32,000 nt of DNA from Candidatus Thorarchaeota archaeon. Its GTDB lineage: Archaea > Asgardarchaeota > Thorarchaeia > Thorarchaeales > Thorarchaeaceae. The stretch is from positions 30,001 through 62,000 of the forward strand of contig SHMX01000005.1 of the NCBI GenBank assembly GCA_008080745.1, in the 5' to 3' direction. The notes beneath the pieces were generated by a model. The model made no database searches. It was given only the letters and a program-made list of their open reading frames with translations, and had not been told where the DNA came from. The translations under genes were made by a program, and so were the position numbers. Numbering within the stretch: the first letter of the stretch is position 1; each line of letters begins with the position of its first letter. Positions 8,970 to 17,779 of the stretch are shown here, piece by piece.

Positions 8970-10018
8970 CTTGGACCTTTGGTCACTTTGAAGACAGATA
9001 TGGGAGTAGCAGTTTCAAAAGCAATAGCTCCTGATTCCATCGCCCACTCTTCCATGTCGTCCTTGGAAAAGAATCCATGGACACCCTCTACGACTTTGAA
9101 ATGTGCCTCATTGTACATGTTTGTATCTGGGTAAAAGTTCTGTGTACCAAATAGGAAACCGCCGGGTTTCAGTACTCGCATCATCTCCGTAATCGCAAGT
9201 TTCGGCTCAGTCCAATGCAATACTTGCGAGGCAAATACGATATCAAAGGATTCATCCTCATAGGGAATCCGTTCAGCATATCCTGGACGAAATTCTACCG
9301 GGAACTCATTCACGGTATCCTTGATACTTAGATCATGTCCATTATACTCTGAAACCATTTGAGGGAATTCTTCGCTTGCTATACGGAGAAGTTTCTCATT
9401 TGGGTCAATACCTACTATCTGCATGGGGGACCCAGGGAAGAAAAAGTCGTTCTCATAGTAGTATGACCAAATTGCGGCTGTCCCCCGACCGTTTCCGGAA
9501 CCAACATCTAAGAATCTCACTGGTTCCTTTAGGGCGTCGGAAAAGGCAAAAGCGGCACGTCTGATTTGTTCATAGAGTTTGTTCGATAAAGCGTCATCCC
9601 AGTTGAATAAATTCAACCCTCCAGTAAACTGTAAGCATCGTCCTCTTAATCTATCTGGAATTGCTCTTGCATGGTCAACCCACAATTCTCTCATAGCGTC
9701 ATCAAAACAACTGGGACATGTCCAATCAAATTCAATGGGCCCCTCCATGAAAAGTTGACCATCATTTTCTTGAATAACCTCGTCTTCAATCAATATACCA
9801 ATTAGGTATTCTAAGAAATCTATCTCAGTATATCTGAACTCTGCAGCAATCTGCATGAGGGTTCGTGGAGACTGTAAATAATCGAACCAACCCTCATTTC
9901 TTAGCACTCCAAGAATATTGCCTCTGAAGAAGCTGTCAATATCCTTTCGGAGCTTTGATACATTTAATCCAAGTTTCATCAATTCTTTCCATGCTCTCAT
10001 CTTTCTTATCATTGTCAA
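8966..10018 (-). CDS. Class I SAM-dependent methyltransferase with an N-terminal helical/wHTH-like domain
   Basis: FLDVGSGNG, GIDPN, AERIPYEDESFDIV and RVLKPGG motifs. Confidence 0.92.
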   Translation of the reverse strand: MTMIRKMRAWKELMKLGLNVSKLRKDIDSFFRGNILGVLRNEGWFDYLQSPRTLMQIAAEFRYTEIDFLEYLIGILIEDEVIQENDGQLFMEGPIEFDWTCPSCFDDAMRELWVDHARAIPDRLRGRCLQFTGGLNLFNWDDALSNKLYEQIRRAAFAFSDALKEPVRFLDVGSGNGRGTAAIWSYYYENDFFFPGSPMQIVGIDPNEKLLRIASEEFPQMVSEYNGHDLSIKDTVNEFPVEFRPGYAERIPYEDESFDIVFASQVLHWTEPKLAITEMMRVLKPGGFLFGTQNFYPDTNMYNEAHFKVVEGVHGFFSKDDMEEWAMESGAIAFETATPISVFKVTKGPS

Positions 10019-10027
10019 TCACTCCTG

Positions 10028-10942
10028 TTATCCAAGAAGTCCTCTCCTCTCAACGTGTTCCAGCATATCGAACACTTTCTGTATTCTCCCAATCTGCCCT
10101 TGTTCTAAGAGGTCGATTACACTCGCTTTTCCACTGAGAAGTGGGACCAGAATCTCTTCTGCAAAATCGAATTTTCGTTCTACACGATCAACTATGGAAG
10201 GTATCCGGGGAATGTACTGGAAGTCGATTTTTGAAAAAAGGCGGTCATCCCCAACTAGCTTCAAAAGAACTGACGAATCAATCTTAGGGTTGACCGCAAT
10301 AGCGTGCAGACCAAGGACAAGGAGTCTTTTGTCGGGGATGGCATCTCGATGTGGTTCTCTTATTGTTTCCTTAAGCAAAGTACTCAGAGAACCAAAAGCT
10401 GCGGGGCCTTTGAGTGCACCACAGGCTATTCTTGAGCCCTTTGTCCACACACGTAGATCCTGGTCAGCGATGGTGAAATTCAATTCATCAGGGAGACTCT
10501 CATAGACCCTCTCTGCCTCCTCAACTCGCTGTGCCAGAAGTCTTGCAAGCTCAAGTATTCTTACCTCGGAACTTGTTACACCTTCTAATACCCATGAGTC
10601 GTCTCTATCCATGATAAAGACACAATCGAAAAATGGATGTGATTCCAACGTAGCAGGCTTTTGAGATACTAACCAGAGTTGTTGCTCTGCTTTTTCTCCT
10701 TTAACCTGTTCAACAAAAGCGTCTTTATGTCCGCGAAAGAGATCCATATGATCTACGATTATTGTGTTCACGTGACGCTCTGAACCAACCATATGCGAAA
10801 CTCTGTAGGTGGTCAGTTGCATACCAAAGAATTTCTCATGTGGCGTTTTGGATTCGAAGGTGGTGGGATCTCTAGGATTGAAACTCACCCTTTCATTACA
10901 CACAGCACATTGGAATGTGGATACCTGTTTTGTTTGACTCAT
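10028..10942 (-). CDS. GTPase-associated protein: N-terminal CxxC/H/H putative Zn domain plus a possible longin/roadblock-like domain
   Basis: 304-aa ORF 10 nt downstream of a GTPase. C12xxC15..H50..H57..D64..R70G71. The central beta-beta-alpha-beta-beta-alpha pattern is assigned by inference. Confidence 0.7.
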   Translation of the reverse strand: MSQTKQVSTFQCAVCNERVSFNPRDPTTFESKTPHEKFFGMQLTTYRVSHMVGSERHVNTIIVDHMDLFRGHKDAFVEQVKGEKAEQQLWLVSQKPATLESHPFFDCVFIMDRDDSWVLEGVTSSEVRILELARLLAQRVEEAERVYESLPDELNFTIADQDLRVWTKGSRIACGALKGPAAFGSLSTLLKETIREPHRDAIPDKRLLVLGLHAIAVNPKIDSSVLLKLVGDDRLFSKIDFQYIPRIPSIVDRVERKFDFAEEILVPLLSGKASVIDLLEQGQIGRIQKVFDMLEHVERRGLLG

Positions 10943-10952
10943 TCCTTATCCC

Positions 10953-11606
10953 TCACCTGTTTGTGAATAGGTTGTTTACCAGCCACTGTCTTACCTCATC
11001 TAGTCCTGAGCCAGTTAAGCAGCTAGTTTCAAAGTATGATACAATCTGTGGATTGCTCTGCAATACAGCTTCAATCAGACCCTTGTCCATCGAACAATTC
11101 AAGTCACACTTGTTTCTAATCAGAACAAAATCGGGTGTATCGAATCGAGTTTGGGACACATAGTATCCGGTCAATAGATCCACCCATTCTGTTAGATCAA
11201 TCAGAGATTGAATATTATCACTGGCGAAAATAAGCAGGATTACATCGACTCCGCCAAGAGCAGTTCGACTGATATCCTTGAGTGCATGAATTGGCGAATT
11301 GAGTTGACCTGCGATGTCGACCATTTGACACAGCCCTTCAATATCCTCGTCAACAAGGTCTGCTGCAGGAATGACTTCCAAATCTACAAAGAGCGTCCGG
11401 TGGTATTCCGCTTCGTCCTTAAGAAGCTCCTTTAAGCTCTTTCTCTCTCTCAACACGGTCAGCAGACTAGACTTGCCTACGGCCCCAGACCCTGCCATCA
11501 GAATCTTTCGTATTCCTGAATGGAGTTTTATTCTTTCAATTAGGCTTCGTGATGTCTCAGGTTCGGTTTCTTTGGTCTTCAATTCGCTCGTACTCATTGC
11601 TATCAC
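10953..11606 (-). CDS. Ras-superfamily small GTPase (divergent)
   Basis: G1 GSGAVGKSS, G3 DIAGQ, G4 NKCD, G5-like ETSCL. An alternative ATG is at 11597. Confidence 0.92.
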   Translation of the reverse strand: MIAMSTSELKTKETEPETSRSLIERIKLHSGIRKILMAGSGAVGKSSLLTVLRERKSLKELLKDEAEYHRTLFVDLEVIPAADLVDEDIEGLCQMVDIAGQLNSPIHALKDISRTALGGVDVILLIFASDNIQSLIDLTEWVDLLTGYYVSQTRFDTPDFVLIRNKCDLNCSMDKGLIEAVLQSNPQIVSYFETSCLTGSGLDEVRQWLVNNLFTNR

Positions 11607-11712
11607 TCAAGATGAATCAATCCTATGATAGTATATTAGTAAAAAATACAGATAAATCTTTGTTTTTTATACTATAACTTTATATTCTTTTGGGCTTAGG
11701 GCCGAGTGAGGT

Positions 11713-13626
11713 TTGAAAGTGAGAGGAACTCGATTTCTTTCCCTAATCCTAGTTTTTGCGTTCCTAGCCCCCGCGTTCTTCCCCGCTGGGCTTGCTAGCT
11801 ACGAGTGTTACGTGTTTTATGATGCGAATGCAGTTTCTGGTGATTCTATTAATGTCGGATTGGATATGATTCAGACTATCTGCGATGACGATGTTACTCT
11901 TCGACTTGTTTCTGTGGAGTCAAAACGAGATTTGCGAGTGAGTCTAACAGAACGATCTTCTGCAATCTTCCTTTTCCATGGTAATGAGGATGGGTTGAGT
12001 CTGACCGATTCTGAGGATGATTCTCCTCTTATGACATGGTCTGAGCTTGCTGGTTATATCGACAAAACAAGTTTTTCTGAATATATGCTATTGAGCTGTG
12101 ATTCCTCCGAGGTGAATGAGCTCACCATGAAAGAGCGTGTCCTCACCTTTACTGGTGAAATTGATTCGAAAGTTGCTACTGCTGTAGCTATATCTAAGAT
12201 TGGTGAAATTCTTCGTCACTACAGCTTCCGTGGCTCATATTCTGTTTTCAACAACCTTATTGAAACAATTCAAAATGATGATACCTTCATTCAGCGGTTA
12301 TTCAATCCCATAGATACTCTTGGTGACTATGGAAAAGAAACCTCTGTTCAGCATGGACTACTGGTTGCCCGTCTGAAGGAATTTCGTAAAGAAGTTCATG
12401 GCATGGCACAGTTAGTTATCACGAAGAAATCCTATCAACATCAAGTTGAATTAGCGTTTATCACCATCATGGATCTAGTGACGGGAGATTTGTATAGCCT
12501 GATGAAGGATGCAGGTGAACATTGTGCAGCGTTGTTAGATGACTTGAATAATGTTGCATCAGATATTGTCTCAGGTAGCGTCAGTGTATCCACCATCATG
12601 AATGCTGTGGATGCAGTTCTTGATATCTATGATTTAGCCTCTATCGTGCTTGAGATGGTCACTAATCAAAAAGTTCGATATATTCTGGAATGGATTGATC
12701 TTGGAATGTTCATTGCAGATATCTGCTATGCTTATGTTTCTGTTAAAGCACAAATGGAGGACTCAGACTATGGGGGTCGGAACATAGAATCTGATAGTTT
12801 GGCAATGATTATGGATGATGAGGCGTATCGTGATATTGATACTGTTCTTTATCTCCCTGATAGAACCAGCGTGGTTAATGCAATTGACAATCTCATTACC
12901 GCTCTGGAAGGAACTTTCAATTACAATACCATTCGTAACAAGGCTGATCGTCTTTCCGATATATGTGACGATGCTTTGACTATCGCTCCTCACATTGGTG
13001 GTGATACAGAGGATTATGTCATGTGTTTATTGGAATCCGTAAAAGATGCGGCCGATAGTATCTATGATAGTGGTGCATACCATCTTGACCGCTATGCTAG
13101 GGATAACTTCTACTACGAAATGGATTGGTCTGTTAACGCGGATTGGTGGGCAGGAAAACTTCACATTAGTTACAGTTTCACCAATCCCTCATGTAATCAA
13201 ATTCCTATCTATAGAATTGTGACCGATTTTGAAGAAACTAAGACTGGCAACTCAAGGTATCATTCCAAATACTTTAGTTATTACCTTCTTCCAGGTTCAT
13301 CTTATGATGATAGCTTTGATTTAAGCTATGATCGCTGGAAGAGCTGGAACGTTGTATTTACTTGGTCACTTACTTGGAAGTATAATAGCGATCTCTATGG
13401 GACCTACAAGGCAGGGGATGCAGATGGTGACGGTCTAAAAGACTGGCAAGAATTAGAATCAACATTTGGCTACCGTACTTGTCCTACAAAGCGGGATACA
13501 GATGGTGATGGATGGCCAGACAAATACGAGATTGACAATGGCTATAATCCTCTGAACTCTGGAAGTCATCCTCCTGATGGTGGTGGTGGAGGCGGTGGAT
13601 TACCTGGCCCTATCATAGTACGCTAA
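11713..13626 (+). CDS. Large secreted multidomain protein: caspase/CHAT-like domain, helical region, beta-sandwich, TSP3-like Ca-binding repeats
   Basis: Signal peptide, IFLFHG and MLLSCD motifs, DADGDGLKDWQE and DTDGDGWPDKYE repeats, Gly7 tail. TTG start preceded by GAGG. Confidence 0.8.
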   Translation: MKVRGTRFLSLILVFAFLAPAFFPAGLASYECYVFYDANAVSGDSINVGLDMIQTICDDDVTLRLVSVESKRDLRVSLTERSSAIFLFHGNEDGLSLTDSEDDSPLMTWSELAGYIDKTSFSEYMLLSCDSSEVNELTMKERVLTFTGEIDSKVATAVAISKIGEILRHYSFRGSYSVFNNLIETIQNDDTFIQRLFNPIDTLGDYGKETSVQHGLLVARLKEFRKEVHGMAQLVITKKSYQHQVELAFITIMDLVTGDLYSLMKDAGEHCAALLDDLNNVASDIVSGSVSVSTIMNAVDAVLDIYDLASIVLEMVTNQKVRYILEWIDLGMFIADICYAYVSVKAQMEDSDYGGRNIESDSLAMIMDDEAYRDIDTVLYLPDRTSVVNAIDNLITALEGTFNYNTIRNKADRLSDICDDALTIAPHIGGDTEDYVMCLLESVKDAADSIYDSGAYHLDRYARDNFYYEMDWSVNADWWAGKLHISYSFTNPSCNQIPIYRIVTDFEETKTGNSRYHSKYFSYYLLPGSSYDDSFDLSYDRWKSWNVVFTWSLTWKYNSDLYGTYKAGDADGDGLKDWQELESTFGYRTCPTKRDTDGDGWPDKYEIDNGYNPLNSGSHPPDGGGGGGGLPGPIIVR

Positions 13627-13784
13627 ATTACATTTAGAGAGGGTATGCAACAGCTGATCAAAACGCCTATGAAGAGGAAGTAAGACATCACCAGTCCTCT
13701 GTGACAAGTGATGCAGCCTCGATGAAGCAGGAAACAGACAGTAGATGAGGACTCCTGTCCACCTTTGTCCACGTTCTGTGCAAC

Positions 13785-13810
13785 GGGGGACATCCCCTTC
13801 TTTTTTCTTT
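13785..13810 (+). terminator. Possible terminator: short GC stem plus U tract
   Basis: GGGG-ACAT-CCCC followed by TTCTTTTTTCTTT, ~160 nt after the 637-aa gene and before the leuS promoter region. The stem is weak. Confidence 0.35.
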
Positions 13811-13983
13811 CTGGCCAATCAATCTTAGCCACAGATATAATAGTGTCAACTGCTTGAAGAGTTCTTGAGTGAACCAGGATGGATTATGTTCTTTATTTCT
13901 ACACATGATTGCGCATGCGTGTACTTTATAGCAGACTTCTTTTTCGGTTCCTCTGTCAATAACCATAGTCGAGGTCATATACA

Positions 13984-16887
13984 GTGAGCGAGTTCATTAA
14001 GATAGAGAAAAAATGGCAAAAACGCTGGAAGAAAGACAAAATCTTTGAGGCTGAACCCAAGCCCAAACAAAAGAAGTTCTTTCTTACCGTTCCCTATCCC
14101 TATACCAACGGTGCATTACATATTGGTCACGGAAGGACCTATACTGTAGGAGACCTCATTGCACGATACAAACGAATGCGAGGCTATAATGTTCTATTTC
14201 CTATGGCATCGCACATGACTGGTACTCCCATTCTTGGTATGGTGGAACGAATAAAGGCGGGTGACCCCCAGGCTATCGAGCAATACAAACGAGATTTACG
14301 TCTCTATTTTGACACCGAGGAAGAAGTGAATCGGCAATTAGGAAAATTCACTGATCCCTGGGCCACTGCAAAATTCTTCGCTGATATAATCTCTAAGGAC
14401 TTTGATGCACTCGGTTATAGTATTGACTGGCGAAGAAAATTTACCACTGGTGATAAGATATACAATGCTTTCATCCGGTGGCAATATCTGAAATTCAAGG
14501 ATATGGGTTACGTAAAACAAGGCAATTATCCACTTCTATTCTGCCCGAATTGTAGTAATCCCGTAGGAGAAGATGACCTACTAGAGGGAGAATCAGCTAA
14601 AGTCAAAGAATTTGTCGCTATCAAGTTTCCATTTGAGGATGGTTTTCTGGTTGCTGCAACCCTACGTCCTGAGACCATTTTTGGTATCACCAATATGTGG
14701 ATCAACCCAACTGCAACCTATGTCTGGGCCAAGGTTGATGGTGAGAAGTGGCTCGTGGCTAAACCTGCTGCAGAAAAACTGAGGTTACAAGCAAAAGAAG
14801 TTGAGATACTTGAAGAGTTTCCAGGCTCCGAAATCATCGGGAAGACCCACAAGGCAATTCATGATGATCGAGATATTCCTATCCTCCCAGCTCCCTTTGT
14901 CAATCCTGAAAATGCCACGGGTGTTGTGTATTCTGTTCCGGGTCATGCTCCCTTTGATTATATTGCTCTTCGTGATTTGTGGGATAATCCATCAAGTCTG
15001 AAGAAATATGGCATTTCTGCAGATGAGGTGAAGGCTATCGACATAATTGGAATAATTGACATCAAGGGTTACAGTGAATACCCTGCAAAGGACGCGGTTG
15101 AAAAACGAGATATCAAATCCCAAGATGAAGATAAGAAACTGGAAGAGGCCACTCAGGAGATATACAAGGCTGAATTCTATGAGGGTGTCATGAAGGACAA
15201 CTGCGGTCAATTCTCTGGTCGTTTGATTAAAGAGGTCAAAGATGATGTTATTTCTTGGTTGAAAGAGAAAAATCGAAGTGATGCATTTTATGAGCCAGAT
15301 ACTCGTCCAGTAATCTGCAAATGTGGTACTGATGTTCAAGTTGGGGTCTTTGCTGGTCAGTGGTTCTTAGATTACCAGAGCGAGGGATGGAAGGAGGAAG
15401 CTTGGAAGGCTTTGAATCAGATGGATATTGTTCCTGAGACCTTTAGGAACCTCTTCGAGGCCACTTTCGATTGGCTGACACAAAGACCATGTGCCAGAAA
15501 ACGTGGGATTGGAACGAGACTCCCCTTTGATGAAGAATGGATTATTGAATCACTGTCTGATTCTACCATCTACATGTCCTTCTATACTATATCACACCAT
15601 ATTAAGCAAAATAAGATTAAAGCTAAACAACTAATCTCTGCTTTCTTTGACTATGTCTTTCTTGGTAAAGGTAGTGTTACCAAAGTTGCTGAGAAGACGG
15701 AAATCGATGCGGACCTGCTCAAGGAGATGCGGGAGGAGTTCAAGTACTGGTATCCAAATGATCAACGTCATACCGCTCCCTCTCACATATCCAATCATCT
15801 GAGTTTTGCTATATTTCATCATGTGGCTATCTTTCCTGAGAAGTACTGGCTGCAATGCATTAGTATCAATGAACATGTCAATCTAGAAGGAATGAAGATG
15901 TCTAAGAGCAAGGGCAATGTTATTCCCCTGGTAGAGATTCCCAAGAAATATGGTGCAGATGTATATCGCACATATGCGATTTCTGCAGCCGAACCGGGTA
16001 GTCTTATGGACTTTCGAGAGAAAGATGTTCCTGCTGTGCGAAATCGGATTAACAACTTCCAAGAGGTCATCAAAAAATTTGTGAAGAAAACACCTAAGGT
16101 TTACAAAAAGAAAGAAAGATCTACTATGATTACTCGCTGGATTTTATCAAAGGTGAATTCTCTTGTGGAGCAATGTACCACTGATCTCGACAACTTTCGA
16201 CTTCGGGATTATGCAATACGTGCAACATCCGAGATGTCACGAGCAGTCAATATGTATCTTAATCGACCGGAGGTCCAGAAGGACGAACGTGAGGGTACAA
16301 TGGCTTATGTGGCTGATATTTGGGTGCGACTGATGGCACCTATGACCCCTCATATATGCGAAGAACTCTGGCATAAGATGGGACATGAGACCTATATATC
16401 GTTGACAGATTGGCCAAAAGCGGATAAGAAATTAATTGACCCCTCTGTTGAGGCCTCCTTCGAAGTAGTTCGAAACACATTGTCAGATATACGTGAGATA
16501 GCACGGCTACTGAAGGATACAACTCCCAAAAAAGTACACATCTATGTTGCGCCTCAGTGGAAATTCGATGCTATGAACAGTGTCCGTACAGCTGATATTC
16601 CCAATATAGTTGGTCAGATTATGAAACATCTTATGTCTAATCCTGAGTTCCGAAAACATGGTAAAGAAGTCAAGTCCATAGTTGATCGGATTGCGAAAGA
16701 GAATGGATTATGGGTTCACTCCGAGAGTGCTAAGGATGAGCTCCAAGTACTTGAGGGTTCGAAACCTTTCATGGAGCAGGAATTGGGTTTCGAAGTAACT
16801 ATACATTCTGCAGAGGGTCCTGAATACGATCCCAAGAATAAGGCTCGATTCGCCTTACCTGGACGCCCCTCTTTGTTGCTTGAGTAG
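13984..16887 (+). CDS. leuS: Leucine--tRNA ligase (archaeal/eukaryal type)
   Basis: TVPYPYTNGALHIGH (HIGH), ATLRPETIFG, editing domain GTG-like region, KMSKS. 967 aa, with GAGGT SD before the GTG. Confidence 0.97.
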   Translation: MSEFIKIEKKWQKRWKKDKIFEAEPKPKQKKFFLTVPYPYTNGALHIGHGRTYTVGDLIARYKRMRGYNVLFPMASHMTGTPILGMVERIKAGDPQAIEQYKRDLRLYFDTEEEVNRQLGKFTDPWATAKFFADIISKDFDALGYSIDWRRKFTTGDKIYNAFIRWQYLKFKDMGYVKQGNYPLLFCPNCSNPVGEDDLLEGESAKVKEFVAIKFPFEDGFLVAATLRPETIFGITNMWINPTATYVWAKVDGEKWLVAKPAAEKLRLQAKEVEILEEFPGSEIIGKTHKAIHDDRDIPILPAPFVNPENATGVVYSVPGHAPFDYIALRDLWDNPSSLKKYGISADEVKAIDIIGIIDIKGYSEYPAKDAVEKRDIKSQDEDKKLEEATQEIYKAEFYEGVMKDNCGQFSGRLIKEVKDDVISWLKEKNRSDAFYEPDTRPVICKCGTDVQVGVFAGQWFLDYQSEGWKEEAWKALNQMDIVPETFRNLFEATFDWLTQRPCARKRGIGTRLPFDEEWIIESLSDSTIYMSFYTISHHIKQNKIKAKQLISAFFDYVFLGKGSVTKVAEKTEIDADLLKEMREEFKYWYPNDQRHTAPSHISNHLSFAIFHHVAIFPEKYWLQCISINEHVNLEGMKMSKSKGNVIPLVEIPKKYGADVYRTYAISAAEPGSLMDFREKDVPAVRNRINNFQEVIKKFVKKTPKVYKKKERSTMITRWILSKVNSLVEQCTTDLDNFRLRDYAIRATSEMSRAVNMYLNRPEVQKDEREGTMAYVADIWVRLMAPMTPHICEELWHKMGHETYISLTDWPKADKKLIDPSVEASFEVVRNTLSDIREIARLLKDTTPKKVHIYVAPQWKFDAMNSVRTADIPNIVGQIMKHLMSNPEFRKHGKEVKSIVDRIAKENGLWVHSESAKDELQVLEGSKPFMEQELGFEVTIHSAEGPEYDPKNKARFALPGRPSLLLE

Positions 16888-16978
16888 CAATATCAACAGT
16901 CTGTCGTTCAATCAAAAAAACCGAGTGAAAGATATTTCAACAACCGAATATATCCTCCAGTTAGGAGCGGAATCATTG

Positions 16979-17254
16979 ATGGATATGATACGAGTTGTTT
17001 CACCCCCGCATTGTAAAAAGGGGCCTGCAAGATGTTCGGGCTGTAGGGAGGCTGCACAAACCAAGAAAATCTGTCATATCCATGTTTATACAACTGAGAG
17101 CGAAGAATTCCGACCGTTAATCCAGATGGAAATACGTGGAATACCGGGCTTCTATGAATACGAGATAATTGAAGTATTTGAATCTCCCAATGAGGCTATT
17201 GAATATGCTAGGGAAAACAGTATTGATGACATCGACCTCTCTATGGGCCGATAA
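16979..17254 (+). CDS. Small Cys-rich hypothetical protein (putative Zn-binding)
   Basis: In-frame ATG at 16979 with AGGAG upstream, giving 91 aa, which avoids the overlap with leuS in the 124-aa call. Pattern HC-x6-CxxC-x9-CH. Confidence 0.7.
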   Translation: MDMIRVVSPPHCKKGPARCSGCREAAQTKKICHIHVYTTESEEFRPLIQMEIRGIPGFYEYEIIEVFESPNEAIEYARENSIDDIDLSMGR

Positions 17255-17256
17255 CA

Positions 17257-17712
17257 CTAAAAAGTGGTATATCGAGGCTCGTTATCCTCAAACCAACTTG
17301 GTACCTTTGCATCATCGACTCTATCTGATGATGGCATGTAGGGTTTGATATCAACCACTGGTGTATTATCAAAAGCGTCTATTTGATCGATGATAATCCT
17401 TCTTTTTTCAGGTAAAATTTCCTTAATGGCTACAATCGATACTCCAATAGGAGTGGGTCTTCTGGGGGATCTGGTCGCAAAGACACCGGAAAGTTCCGCA
17501 TCAGGTTTTGGAGGAGTACCTGTCAAATTCATTCTGTCTGGTGTTCTATCACGTTCTGTAATCCACCATAATACGATTATGTGTGAAAACTTGTCCATAT
17601 TCAATGTAGCTTCCCAGAATTGCTCTTCTATCTGGATGAAGATGGTATCGTCTTCTGGTTTTCGAACTCTTCCCACAATTTTTGCACATAGTTCAGGCTT
17701 GACGTCCATCAT
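17257..17712 (-). CDS. tsaA: TrmO/TsaA (UPF0066) tRNA m6t6A37 methyltransferase-like protein
   Basis: GVFATRSPRRPTPIGVS and IDAFDNTPVVDIKPY signature motifs. Confidence 0.92.
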   Translation of the reverse strand: MMDVKPELCAKIVGRVRKPEDDTIFIQIEEQFWEATLNMDKFSHIIVLWWITERDRTPDRMNLTGTPPKPDAELSGVFATRSPRRPTPIGVSIVAIKEILPEKRRIIIDQIDAFDNTPVVDIKPYMPSSDRVDDAKVPSWFEDNEPRYTTF

Positions 17713-17779
17713 TTTTTAACACCAAACAACCGCTATCGACTAGAAGCGAGAAACCACTTCCTCAAGAAGCTTCCTCTTA

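Noticed and set aside
13600-13978. Three short minus-strand ORFs (69, 72 and 96 aa) between the secreted protein and leuS
   Set aside because: They overlap each other, have no SD or family motif, and cross a plus-strand terminator-like element and the leuS promoter region. A real microprotein cannot be excluded.
16880-16978. N-terminal 33 aa of the 124-aa ORF
   Set aside because: Overlaps the leuS stop. The downstream ATG at 16979 has an AGGAG SD and begins the Cys-rich domain.
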